Below are positions 33,188 to 46,871 of a stretch of DNA of 64,000 nt, piece after piece. Origin of the DNA: Dendrobates tinctorius (Eukaryota). Positions within the stretch are counted from its first letter, which is position 1. Every line of letters starts with the position of its first letter. A program made the translations under genes and the position numbers. The stretch covers positions 20,832,001 through 20,896,000 of the forward strand of contig NW_027361754.1 of NCBI RefSeq assembly GCF_039654945.1. The letters are read 5' to 3'. The notes beneath the pieces are model-generated. The model saw only the letters and a program-made list of their open reading frames with translations, ran no database searches and was not told the origin of the DNA.

Positions 33188-36100
33188 GTCCTGGTGATAA
33201 ATATACCGCCCTGGGGATAAATATACCGCCCTGGTGATGAATATACCGCCCTGGGATGAATATACCGTCCTGGGGATGAATATACCGTCCTGGTGATAAA
33301 TATACCGCCCTGGTAATGAATATACCGCCCTGGGATGAATATACCGTCCTGGGGATGAATATACCGTCCTGGTGATAAATATACCGCCCTGGTGATAAAT
33401 ATACCGTCCTGGGGATGAATATACCGTCCTGGTGATAAATATACCGTCCTGGTGATGAATATACCGCCCTGGTGATGAATATACCGCCCTGGTGATGAAT
33501 ATACTGTCCTGGTGATAAATATACCGCCCTGGTAATGAATATACCGCCCTGGGATGAATATACCGTCCTGGTGATGAATATACCGTCCTGGTGATAAATA
33601 TACCGTCCTGGTGATGAATATACCGCCCTGGTGATAAATATACCGCCCTGGTGATGAATATACCGCCCTGGTGATGAATATACCGTCCTGGTGATAAATA
33701 TACCGCCCTGGTAATGAATATACCGCCCTGGGATGAATATACCGTCCTGGTGATGAATATACCGTCCTGGTGATAAATATACCGCCCTGGTGATGAATAT
33801 ACCGTCCTGGGATGAATATACCGCCCTGGTAATGAATATACCGCCCTGGGATGAATATACCGTCCTGGTGATGAATATACCGTCCTGGTGATAAATATAC
33901 CGTCCTGGTGATGAATATACCGCCCTGGTGATAAATATACCGCCCTGGTGATGAATATACCGCCCTGGTGATGAATATACCGTCCTGGTGATAAATATAC
34001 CGCCCTGGTAATGAATATACCGCCCTGGGATGAATATACCGTCCTGGGGATGAATATACCGTCCTGGTGATGAATATACCGTCCTGGTGATAAATATACC
34101 GTCCTGGTGATGAATATACCGCCCTGGTGATGAATATACCGTCCTGGTGATAAATATACCGCCCTGGTAATGAATATACCGCCCTGGGATGAATATACCG
34201 TCCTGGGGATGAATATACCGTCCTGGGATGAATATACCGTCCTGGTGATAAATATACCGTCCTGGTGATGAATATACCGCCCTGGTGATGAATATACCGT
34301 CCTGGTGATAAATATACCGCCCTGGTAATGAATATACCGCCCTGGGATGAATATACCGTCCTGGGGATGAATATACCGTCCTGGTGATAAATATACCGTC
34401 CTGGGATGAATATACCGTCCTGGTGATAAATATACCGTCCTGGGGATGAATATACCGTCCTGGTGATAAATATACCGTCCTGGGATGAATATACCGCCCT
34501 TGTGATGAATATACCGTCCTGGTGATAAATATACCGTCCTTGTGATGAATATCCCGCCCTGGGGATACATATACTGTCCTGGGGATGAATATACCGCCCT
34601 GGTAATGAATATACTGCCCTGGGATGAATATACCATCCTGGGGATGAATATACCGTCCTGGTGATAAATATACCGTCCTGGGATGAATATACCATCCTGG
34701 TGATAAATATACCGTCCTGGGGATGAATATACCATCCTGGTGATAAATATACCGTCCTGGGATGAATATACCGCCCTGGTGATGAATATACCGTCCTGGT
34801 GATGAATATCCCGCCCTGGGGATACATATACCGTCCTGGTAATGAATATACCGCCCTGGGATAAATATACCGTCCTGGTGATGAATATACCGCCCTGGTG
34901 ATGAATATACCGCCCTGGGATGAATATACCGTCCTGGTGATAAATATACCGCCCTGGGATGAATATACCGTCCTGGGGATGAATATACCGTCCTGGTGAT
35001 AAATATACCGGCCTGGGATGAATATACCGTCCTGGTGATAAATATACCGCCCTGGGGATACATATACCGTCCTGGGGATGAATATACCGTCCTGGTGATA
35101 AATATACCGCCCTGGGATGAATATGCCGTCCTGGTGATAAATATACCGCCCTGGTGATGAATATACCGTCCTGGTGATAAATATACCGCCCTGGTGATGA
35201 ATATACCGTCCTGGTGATAAATATACCGCCCTGGGATGAATATACCGTCCTGGTGATAAATATACCGCCCTGGGATGAATATACTGTCCTGGTGATAACT
35301 ATACCGCCCTGGTGATGAATATACCGTCCTGGTGATAAATATACCGTCCTGGTGATGAATATACCGCCCTGGTGATGAATATACCGTCCTGGTGATAAAT
35401 ATACCTCCCTGGTAATGAATATACCGCCCTGGGATGAATATACCGCCCTTGTGATGAATATACCGTCCTGGTGATAAATATACCGTCCTTGTGATGAATA
35501 TCCCGCCCTGGGGATACATATACCGTCCTGGGGATGAATATACCGCCCTGGTAATGAATATACTGCCCTGGGATGAATATACCGTCCTGGGGATGAATAT
35601 ACCGTCCTGGTGATAAATATACCGTCCTGGGATGAATATACCGTCCTGGTATAAATATACCGTCCTGGGGATGAATATACCGTCCTGGTGATAAATATAC
35701 CGTCCTGGGATGAATACACCGCCCTGGTGATGAATATACCGTCCTGGTGATAAATATACCGTCCTGGTGATGAATATCCCGCCCTGGGGATACATATACC
35801 GTCCTGGTAATGAATATACCGCCCTGGGATAAATATATCGTCCTGGTGATGAATATACCGCCCTGGGATGAATATACCGTCCTGGTGATAAATATACCGC
35901 CCTGGGATGAATATACCGTCCTGGGGATGAATATACCGTCCTGGTGATAAATATACCGCCCTGGGATGAATATACCGTCCTGGTGATAAATATACCGCCC
36001 TGGGGATACATATACCGTCCTGGGGATGAATATACCGTCCTGGTGATAAATATACCGCCCTGGGATGAATATGCCGTCCTGGTGATAAATATACCGCCCA

Positions 36101-37950
36101 GGTGATGAATATACCGTCCTGGTGATAAATATACCGCCCTGGTGATGAATATACCGTCCTGGTGATAAATATACCGTCCTTGTGATGAATATCCCGCCCT
36201 GGGGATACATATACCGTCCTGGGGATGAATATACCGCCCTGGTAATGAATATACTGCCCTGGGATGAATATACCGTCCTGGGGATGAATATACCGTCCTG
36301 GTGATAAATATACCGTCCTGGGATGAATATACCGTCCTGGTATAAATATACCGTCCTGGGGATGAATATACCGTCCTGGTGATAAATATACCGTCCTGGG
36401 ATGAATATACCGCCCTGGTGATGAATATACCGTCCTGGTGATAAATATACCGTCCTGGTGATGAATATCCCGCCCTGGGGATACATATACCGTCCTGGTA
36501 ATGAATATACCGCCCTGGGATGAATATACCGTCCTGGTGATAAATATACCGCCCTGGGATGAATATACTGCCCTGGTGATAACTATACCGCCCTGGTGAT
36601 GAATATACCGTCCTGGTGATAAATATACCGTCCTGGTGATGAATATACCGCCCTGGTGATGAATATACCGTCCTGGTGATAAATATACCGCCCTGGTAAT
36701 GAATATACCGCCCTGGGATGAATATACCGCCCTTGTGATGAATATACCGTCCTGGTGATAAATATACCGTCCTTGTGATGAATATCCCGCCCTGGGGATA
36801 CATATACCGTCCTGGGGATGAATATACCGCCCTGGTAATGAATATACTGCCCTGGGATGAATATACCGTCCTGGGGATGAATATACCGTCCTGGTGATAA
36901 ATATACCGTCCTGGGATGAATATACCGTCCTGGTATAAATATACCGTCCTGGGGATGAATATACCGTCCTGGTGATAAATATACCGTCCTGGGATGAATA
37001 TACCGCCCTGGTGATGAATATACCGTCCTGGTGATAAATATACCGTCCTGGTGATGAATATCCCGCCCTGGGGATACATATACCGTCCTGGTAATGAATA
37101 TACCGCCCTGGGATAAATATACCGTCCTGGTGATGAATATACCGTCCTGGGGATGAATATACCGTCCTGGTGATAAATATACCGCCCTGGTGATGAATAT
37201 ACCGTCCTGGTGATAAATATACCGTCCTGGTGATTAATATCCCGCCCTGGGGATACATATACCGTCCTGGTAATGAATATACCGCCCTGGGATAAATATA
37301 CCGTCCTGGTGATGAATATACCGTCCTGGGGATGAATATACCGTCCTGGTGATAAATATACCGCCCTGGGATGAATATACCGTCCAAGTGATAAATATAC
37401 CGCCCTGGGGATACATATACCGTCCTGGGGATGAATATACCGTCCTGGTGATAAATATACCGCCCTGGGATGAATATGCCGTCCTGGTGATAAATATACC
37501 GCCCAGGTGATGAATATACCGTCCTGGTGATAAATATACCGCCCTGGTGATGAATATACCGTCCTGGTGATAAATATACCGCCCTGGGATGAATATACCG
37601 TCCTGGTGATAAATATACCGCCCTGGGATGAATATACTGTCCTGGTGATAAATATACCGCCCTGGTGATGAATATACCGTCCTGGTGATAAATATACCGC
37701 CCTGGGATGAATATACCGTCCTGGTGATAAATATACCGCCCTGGGATGAATATACCGTCCTGGTGATAAATATACCACCCTGGTGATGAATATACCGTCC
37801 TGGTGATAAATATACCGCCCTGGGATAAATATACCGTCCTGGTGATAAATATACCGCCCTGGGATGAATATACCGTCCTGGTGATAAATATACCGTCCTG
37901 GAGATGAATATACCATCTTGGTAATGACTATACCGTCCTGGTGATGTATA
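33188..37950. repeat. 19-20-bp satellite (TATACCG[T/C]CCTGGTGAT[G/A]AA), about 240 units
   Basis: Direct inspection; repeated multi-unit variant blocks. Confidence 0.98.
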
Positions 37951-38944
37951 CACAGTGCCTTTCAAAAGTATTCGGCTCCCTGGAGCTTTTCAACCTTTTC
38001 CCACATATCATGCTTCAAACATAAAGATACCAAATGTAAATTTTTGGTGAAGAATCAACAACAAGTGGGACACAATTGTGAAGTTGAACGAAATTTATTG
38101 GTTATTTTAAATTTTTGTGGAAATTCAAAAACTGAAAAGTGGGGCGTGCAATATTATTCACCCCATTTACTTTCAGTGCAGCAAACTCACTCCAGATGTT
38201 CACTGTGGATCTCTGAATGATCCAATGTTGTCCTAAATGACTAATGATGATAAATATAATCCACCTGTGTGTAAACAAGTCTCCGTATAAATGCACCTGC
38301 TCTGTGATAGTCTCAGGGTTCTGTTTGATGCACAGAGAGCATCATGAAGACCAAGGAACACAACAGGCAGGTCCGTGATACTGTTGTGGAGAAGTTTAAA
38401 GCCGGATTTGGATACAAAATGATTTCCAAAACTTTAAACATCCCAAGGAGCACTGTGCAAGCGATCATACTGAAATGGAAGGAGTATCATACCACTGCAT
38501 GCTATACACAGACAGCACTAACAGCACAACACAGCACACTCTAGTGACAGCTGGAAGTGCAGCACAAATCTGCATTATACCATAAAGCAGGAATCCACAT
38601 AGATTCTTGGTTCTATATCTGATCATTATACCGTGTTAGCAGTCGGCAGACTGACGAAGGTCGATTGTGGACAGAAACGTCTTCTAGGACTGCATATAAA
38701 ATAAAAACTTATTTTGTAAAGGATCATTCAGTTGAGTGCCAAGTTACTTTATCAATCAGTCGCACACTGCACAAATCAGGCCTTTATGGAAGAGTGGCAA
38801 GAAGAAAGCCATTTCTCAAAGATATCCATAAAAAGTGTTGTTTAAAGTTTGCAACAAGCCACCTGGGAGACACACCAAACATGTGGAAGAAGGTGCTCTG
38901 GTCAGATGAAACCAAAATCGAACTTTTTGGCAACAATGCCAAAC

Positions 38945-41900
38945 TGTTGTGAGTTCATTTTCCCCTTCGTCACTGAGGTCTGGTGAACTCCCTATTCTGG
39001 TAAAGGAAGGTAATGAGCCTGATTATCAGGCACCTGAGTCTAATGATGATGACTGGCTGAGTGGAGTCACGGACTGGATATAAGGCTGCCGACGCCCTTC
39101 TGCCCTGCGGGTGATTTCTCTGTGGACTTCTTTGAGACCAGTCTGATTCCTGCTCCTCTAAAGCTAAGTTTTCTGCTTTGCCTGTTAGCATTTGTGTTTT
39201 GTTTTTTGTTTCCCTTGCTTTTCTGGATTCTGCCATTCCCTGCTGGGGTGAGCTGAATCTCCTTTTGCCTGTTGCTCTGTCTTCAGAATATTCCTGAGTA
39301 CTGACATAGTTTTTTGAAGCTTAGCGTCTTCAGGGCCTTTTTTCACTGTCAGTTTGTTGGCTCTTATTTTTGTAGGGTTTTTCACGGATTGCAGACAGCA
39401 GCCTTCCTGTCCTTTCCTGTCTAGTTAGCTTGGGCCCCGTCTTTGCTCAGTCTATCTTTCTGTCTGTGTTAGTGTTCTTTCTTCTTGCCTCACCGTCATT
39501 ATATGTTGGGGGCTGCCTTTTGCTTTGGGGTCTGCTCTGGGGCAGTTTAGATTTCCCTTTCTGTCTTTAGGCTAGGCAGTTCTCCGGCTGTGATCGAGGG
39601 GTCTAGGTCATCGTAGGAACCCCCCACGGCTACTGCTAGTTGTGTTGATAGGTTCAGGGGTCTGCAATCCGATAGCTGCCAACTTCTCTGGTTTTCTGGA
39701 CTTAGCTAGCATTTCTGTTTTTGCCTCCTACGGTGACTCATTCATAACAGAATCACCCGCCATACCGCAGATCCTAGGGTACTCAATAGCAGGAAAGAAT
39801 TGTGTTAAAAAAAAAAAAAAAAGTGTGTATATTCTTTCCTCTATATCTCTGAGGCCATAGGGGGAATTTTTTTTCTCTCAATGGAGATAAAGCAATTGTC
39901 TGATCAAGTGGAGCAGCTTGCTGCGGAAGTGCGGGGAATTTCCGCCTACCTTGCTCGTTCGCATGCTGTTGAACCAAAGATCCCTACACCTGATGTATTT
40001 TTTGGGGATCGATCTAAATTTTTGAGTTTCAAAAATAATTGTAAATTATTTTTTGCCTTGAAGCCTAACTCGTCAGGGAGCTCCGCGCAGCAGGTTAAAA
40101 TTGTCATCTCTTTGCTGCATGGCGATCCCCAGGATTGGGCGTTTTCTTTGAGACCAGATGATCCTATTCTGACTAATGTGAACGCATTCTTTCAAGCCTT
40201 GGGGTTGTTGTATGACGAACCTAATGCTATTGATCAGGCTGAAAAGACCCTGTTGGCATTGAACCAGGGTCGAGATTCTGCAGAGTTGTACTGTCAAAAG
40301 TTCCGAAAGTGGGCGGTCCTTACTACCTGGAATGATAATGCCTTGGCTGCTCTCTTTCGGAAGGGTTTGTCAGAAGCCGTAAAAGATACTATGGTGGGAT
40401 TTCCTGTTCCCTCTGGTCTGGACGATTCTATGTCATTAGCCATTCAGGTTGATCGGCGTTTACGTGAACGCAGGATTGCACGAGAGGTGTTTCCACCGGT
40501 TGAACATACGTCTGAACCTATGCAATGTGATAGAGTTTTGTCTAGGGCGCAACGTCAGGAGTTCAGAAGGCGTAATAAGCTGTGTTTTTTCTGTGGAGAT
40601 GCCTCGCATATTATTTCTGTTTGTCGTAAACGAGAGAAACGCTTTGCACACACGTTTTCTGTTGGTGGTGTTCAACCTAAGTTTCTTGTGGCAATTACTC
40701 TGATCTGCTCCCTGTCCACATTTTCCGCCAAGGCTTTTGTGGATTCAGGAGCAGCGCTAAACCTAATGGACTTGGATTTTGCCAAACGTTGTGGATTTCC
40801 GATGACACCTCTGCAGACGCCTATCCCTTTGAGGGGGATTAATGCTACTCCTTTGGCGAAAAATAAACCTCAGTTTTGGACCCAGGTGGTCATGCGGGTC
40901 GCCCCAGACCATCAAGATAATTGCAGATTTTTGGTGTTGCATGGTCTGCATGATGCCGTTGTTCTGGGGTTTCCCTGGCTGCAAATTCATAATCCAGTTT
41001 TGGATTGGAAATCTGTGTCTGTGGTGAGTTGGGGTTGTCGGTGTGCCTTTAGTGAAGCTCCGGTTTTTTCCACCTCTCCTCAGTCGCATGATGTTCCTGA
41101 CTATTTGGCGGACTTTTATGATGTATTTAGTGAGAATGAGTCTGCATCTTTGCCTCCTCATAGGAGTTATGACTGTGCAATTGAACTGAGCCCGGGGTGT
41201 AAATTTCCCAAGGGTCGGCTCTTCAATTTATCTGTACCCGAGCACGAGGCTATGCGATCCTATATTAAGGAGGCGTTGGAGAAGGGTCATATTAGACCAT
41301 CCTCTTCACCCTTAGGTGCCGGTTTTTTTTTTGTGGCCAAAAAGGATGGTTCTTTAAGGCCTTGTATTGATTATCGTGCCCTCAACAAAATTACTATTAA
41401 ATATCAGTATCCGTTACCCCTGATTTCGGATCTATTCTCTAGAGTTAGAGGTGCTTGCTGGTTTACCAAGCTTGACCTCAGGGGGGCGTATAATCTTATC
41501 CGCATTAAACAGGGGGATGAATGGAAGACGGCGTTTAATACTCCGGAGGGACATTTTGAGTACCTGGTGATGCCTTTTGGGCTCACTAATGCCCCTTCTG
41601 TCTTCCAGTGCTTCATGAACGATATTTTCCGAGACTTTGTCGATAAATTTTTGATTATCTATCTGGATGATATTTTGATCTTCTCCAAGGATTGGGATTC
41701 TCATGTGGAACATATTCGGACTGTGTTCCGGATCTTGAGGGAGAATTCCCTGTATGTCAAAGGATCGAAATGCCTTTTTGGAGTACAGAGGATTTCATTT
41801 TTGGGATTTATTTTGTCTCCGTCAACTATTGAAATGGACCCGGCCAAGGTACAGGCCATTTATGATTGGGTTCAGCCCACTTCTTTGAAGGCCCTCCAGA

Positions 41901-44734
41901 AGTTTTTGGGTTTTGCTAATTTTTATCGGAAATTTATAGCAAAATTTTCTAGTATTGCCAAGCCATTGACTGATCTGACTAAGAAGGGTGCTGATGTGTT
42001 GAATTGGTCTCCGGAGGCTGTTGCTTCCTTTCAGGAGCTGAAGCGAAGATTTACCTCCGCCCCGGTTTTGCGGCAACCTGATGTCTCACTCCCGTTCCAG
42101 GTAGAGGTGGATGCTTCTGAGATTGGTGCAGGAGCTGTTTTGTCCCAAAAGGATCCTGTAACATCTAAAATGAATCCCTGTGCTTTCTTTTCCCGAAAGT
42201 TCTCTCCATCTGAACGTAACTATGATGTGGGGAATCGGGAACTGTTGGCCATGAAATGGGCATTTGAGGAGTGGAGACATTTGTTAGAGGGAGCTAAACA
42301 TCAAGTTGTGGTCCTCACTGACCACAAGAATTTGATTTACCTAGAGTCGGCTAAACGCTTGAACCCTAGACAGGCTAGGTGGGCCTTGTTTTTTACACGT
42401 TTTGATTTTGTGGTCTCTTTTCTTCTTGGAACTAAGAATGTCAAGGCAGACGCCCTCTCTAGGAGCTTCTTTGCTGATTCTCCTGTGGTGACCAAGCCTG
42501 CTACCATCTTAGGCGAAGGGGTAGTTCTTTCTGCCATCTCGCCCGATTTGAGACTTGCTCTGCAAGAGTTCCAGGAGGACAAACCTGAGCGTTGTCCCAG
42601 TGGAAAGTTGTATGTTCCTGACCAGTGGAAGAAGAGAGTGATGTCTGAAGTTCATTGCTCTGCATTGGCTGGTCATCCAGGTATTTTTGGTACTAGAGAT
42701 CTGGTGGGTCGCTCTTTTTGGTGGCCCACCTTGTCTCATGATGTCAGGAATTTTGTGCAGTCCTGTGGGACTTGCTCCCGGTCTAAATCTTGTTCTCGCA
42801 CTAGTGGGTTGTTGATGCCTTTGCCGGTCCCCAGGAGGCCATGGACCCATATTTCAATGGATTTCATCTCTGATATGCCTGTCTCTCAAAGAATGACTTA
42901 TTTGTGTGATTTGTGATAGGTTCTCTAAGATGGTTCATCTTGTACCACTCCCTAAGTTGCCGTCTTCCTCTGAGTTGGTGCCCCTGTTTTTGCAACAGGT
43001 GGTTCGCTTGCACGGGATTCCTGAGAACATTGTATCTGACAGAGGAGTTCAGTTTGTGTCTAGATTTTGGAGGACTTTCTGTTCCAAGCTGGGAATTCAG
43101 TTGTCCTTCTCCTCTGCTTTTCGCCCTCAGACCAATGGACAGACAGAGAGAACAAACCAGACCTTGGAGTCGTATTTGAGATGTTTTATTTCCGCTGATC
43201 AGGATGATTGGGTTTCATTTTTGCCCTTGGCCGAATTTGCTTTAAATAATAGAGCTAGTTCTGCCACTTTGATGTCACCTTTTTTTTGTTACTTTGGGTT
43301 TCATCCTCGATTTTCTTCAGGGCAGGTGGAGCCTTCTGCCTGCCCAGGTGTTGACACTGTGGTGGAGAGAATGCACCAGATCTGGGACCAAGTGGTGGAT
43401 AAGTTATCTCTCTCCCAGGAAAAGGCCCAGCGGTTTTCCAATCGACATAGGACCATTGGTCCCCAGTTTAAGATTGGTGATATGGTGTGGTTATCATCAA
43501 AAAATATTGCTATGAAGGTGGCTTCTCCTAAGTTTAAGCCCAGATTTATTGGACCTTACAAGATTTTGGAGATTATTAATCCGGTCTCTTTTCGTTTGGC
43601 TCTTCCTGTCACATTTAAGATCCATAATGTGTTCCATAAGTCCTTGTTGAAGAGGTTTGTTGAACCAGTTGTTCCTGGGGTGGCACCTCCGGACCCTGTA
43701 TTGGTTGAAGGTAACATGGAATATGAGGTAGAGAAAATACTGGATTCCCGTCTGGCTAGACGGAGACTCCAGTATTTGGTTAAGTGGAAGGGTTATGGTC
43801 AGGAGGATAATTCCTGGGTCTCTGCCTCTGATATTCATGCCAAAAGATTGGTGCGTGCCTTTCATCGGGCTCACCCTGGTTGCCCTGGTGGCGTGGATGA
43901 GGGTTCGGAGACCCCTCCTCAAGGGGGAGGTACTGTTGTGAGTTAATTTTCCCCTTCGTCACTGAGGTCTGGTGAACTCCCTATTCTGGTAAAGGAAGGT
44001 AATGAGCCTGATTATCAGGCACCTGAGTCTAATGATGATGACTGGCTGAGTGGAGTCACGGACTGGATATAAGGCTGCCGACGCCCTTCTGCCCTGCGGG
44101 TGATTTCTCTGTGGACTTCTTTGAGACCAGTCTGATTCCTGCTCCTCTAAAGCTAAGTTTTCTGCTTTGCCTGTTAGCATTTGTGTTTTGTTTTTTGTTT
44201 CCCTTGCTTTTCTGGATTCTGCCATTCCCTGCTGGGGTGAGCTGAATCTCCTTTTGCCTGTTGCTCTGTCTTCAGAATATTCCTGAGTACTGACATAGCT
44301 TTTTGAAGCTTAGCGTCTTCAGGGCCTTTTTTCACTGTCAGTTTGTTGGCTCTTATTTTTGTAGGGTTTTTCACGGATTGCAGACAGCAGCCTTCCTGTC
44401 CTTTCCTATCTAGTTAGCTTGGGCCCCGTCTTTGCTCAGTCTATCTTTCTGTCTGTGTTAGTGCTCTTCTTGCCTCACCGTCATTATATGTTGGGGGCTG
44501 CCTTTTGCTTTGGGGTCTGCTCTGGGGCAGTTTAGATTTCCCTTTCTGTCTTTAGGCTAGGCAGTTCTCCGGCTGTGATCGAGGGGTCTAGGTCATCGTA
44601 GGAACCCCCCACGGCTACTGCTAGTTGTGTTGATAGGTTCAGGGGTCTGCAATCCGATAGCTGCCAACTTCTCTGGTTTTCTGGACTTAGCTAGCATTTC
44701 TGTTTTTGCCTCCTACGGTGACTCATTCATAACA
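38945..44734 (+). mobile_element. Chromodomain Gypsy LTR retrotransposon (Tf1/sushi-like); LTRs 38945-39749 and 43934-44734
   Basis: TG…CA LTRs of ~800 bp that are nearly identical; PPT AAGGGGGAGG; flanking CCAAAC duplication; gag-pol ORF. Confidence 0.97.
39881..43946 (+). CDS. Gypsy gag-pol (CCHC knuckle, protease, RT, RNase H, integrase, chromodomain) with one frameshift near 42900
   Basis: CFFCGDASHIISVC, FVDSGA, YLDD, VDAS, TDHKNL, HPG/CxxC, SDRG, GQTER, GPY, YEVEKILDSR…YLVKWKGY. Confidence 0.93.
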
Positions 44735-45516
44735 CCAAACAATATGTTTGGCGTAAAGGCAACACAACTCATCACCCTGAACACACCATCCCTACTGTCA
44801 AACATGGTGGTGGCAACATCGTGGTTTGGGCCTTCTTTTCTTCAGCATTGACAGGGAAGATGGTTAAAATTGATGGGAAGATGGATGGAGCCAAATACAG
44901 GACCATTCTTGAAGAAAACCTGTTGGAGTCTGCAAAAGACCTGAGACTGGGACGGAGATTTGTCTTCCAACAAGACAATGACCCCAAACATAAAGCAAAA
45001 TCTAAAATGGAATGGTTCACAAATAAACGTATCCAGGTGTTAGAATGGCCAAGTCAAAGTCCAGACCTGAATTCCATCAATCTGTGTAAAGAGCTGAAAA
45101 CTGCTGTTCACAAATGATCTCCATCAGACCTCAATGAGCTCGAGCTGTTTGCCAAGGAAGAAAGGGAAGAATTTCAGTCTCTCAATGTACAAAACTGATA
45201 GAGACATACCCCGAGCGACTTGCAGCTGTAATCGCAAGAAAAAGGTGGTGCAACAAAGTATTAAGTTAAAGGAGCCAAATAATATTGCACGCCCCACTTT
45301 TCAGTTTTTGAATTTCCACAAAAATTTAAAATAACCAATACATTTCGTTCAACTTCACAATTGTGTTCCACTTGTTGATTCTTCACCAAAAATTTACATT
45401 TGATATCTTTATGTTTTAAGCATGATATGTAGGAAAAGGTTGAAAAATTCCAGGGGGCCGAATACTTTCGCAAGGCACTGTACCATCCTTCGGATTAATA
45501 TACCGTCATGTGGATG

Positions 45517-46851
45517 TGTGACGAATCACACAGGGAAAGGGGTTGTCGACTTCGCTCACCCCGGGGGAGGGGAGAGAAGGACCCAGCGGGGATCGTCTCT
45601 CTGGCGCCACCACTTACTCCAGGTCAGTCAGGGAACTGCACTGAGGGCAAATAGTTGCCGGAAAGGCTTTCCTTATAGGGACGAGTTATTGAGGCGCTCC
45701 CAGTGAGGGGGATACATAGCACAAGTCCAGGCTGGGGATACATATATAAACCTCTCCCAGCCGTCACTGCCAGAGTTCCTCACTAAAACAGTACGGTCTA
45801 CTGCCACCAGTTCCTTGTTTGACATAAGCCCCGTCTGGCAGCAGGCAGTCAGGAAACATCTCGGGTAGCGTATAATATAACCAACCGATCGTGTGGACGT
45901 GGGGATTTGGGTATCAAGATAAAAGAGCAGCCCGATATTAATTTTATATTTAATCACCGAAAAGCGCACAAGAAATATACAAGTATATATTTACAGAGCA
46001 ATATACAAGTATACAGTCAGGAGTGTAGTACGGATAGGGTATAGATAGGTTGCAATTACTGTGTTATGTAGCATGTGATCACAGGTACAAATCATAGTTA
46101 CAGGCTTTCCTGGCTGTGTCAGCTAACGGTTCCTCCTGCCAGTAGAAAACTAAGCTCAAAATGAGGAGCTGCCTCTTTTCTCCTGGGCTGCTCCCTCCCC
46201 ACTCTGTGCCCACCCCTGGGCTTGTGCAGCCTCTTTCCTCCCATCTCTGAGAGTATGATTTTTTTCAGGCATAACAATGGATGGCGCTTAACTTTCCGCC
46301 CGTAGCTCCAAATGGGTCGGCAGCGCCGCAACTGGGTTTCCCTGGATTTTATCTCCACAGGGAGACCAAATATGTCTACGTATGTAATCCCAGGTAGCTA
46401 TGCTTCATAACTCCATAATGCAGAGTGCTACAGGTGGCTGCCGGGCACGGGCATGTGGGGGAAAGAATGCTGGTTCCGAGACTGTGCTCGACTAGGCTCA
46501 GAGATATTGCATTCTGTTATTATAGGTCATTTTCCAGTTTCAATACCTCAGAGCCTTGCTGTGGCCTGTGGTGCCACAATGTCACCATGTGCTTGAGGCA
46601 GACAAAGGAATCCAGCTGTAGCTGCACTAGAGTTTACACCCTTGTGCTAATTGCTAGTCACCGAGCATCAAAGGGCTTGTTCTGTTCCTGTGGTTTAATT
46701 AAAGATAAACATTGATCCTGGGGAATGAATGCCAAGGGAGGGGGGCTGAGTGGTATAAAGCAAGTATTTTTGGGCCCAACTGTCTCTTGATGGGGAATTC
46801 CATCAGAAATCAAAATTGTATCATTTATATGTCATTTTCCCATATCTCACA
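45517..46851. mobile_element. Probable solo LTR, 1335 bp
   Basis: TGTGAC…CTCACA termini with 5-bp GGATG duplication, inserted in a satellite unit. Confidence 0.8.
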
Positions 46852-46871
46852 GGATGTATATACCGTACTGG

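Larger units (their letters stand above)
37953..45480 (+). mobile_element. Defective Tc1-like (DD34E-type) transposon with ~210-bp TIRs, interrupted by a Gypsy element
   Basis: CAGTGCCTT…/…AAGGCACTG termini; transposase fragments at 38344, 38753-38944 and 44735-45260; catalytic E codon missing (SPDLNSI-NL). Confidence 0.92.

Noticed and set aside
32939-37965. Very long minus-strand ORFs (up to 1647 aa) in all three frames
   Set aside because: Translation of the 20-bp satellite, whose unit lacks stop codons on that strand; no domain content
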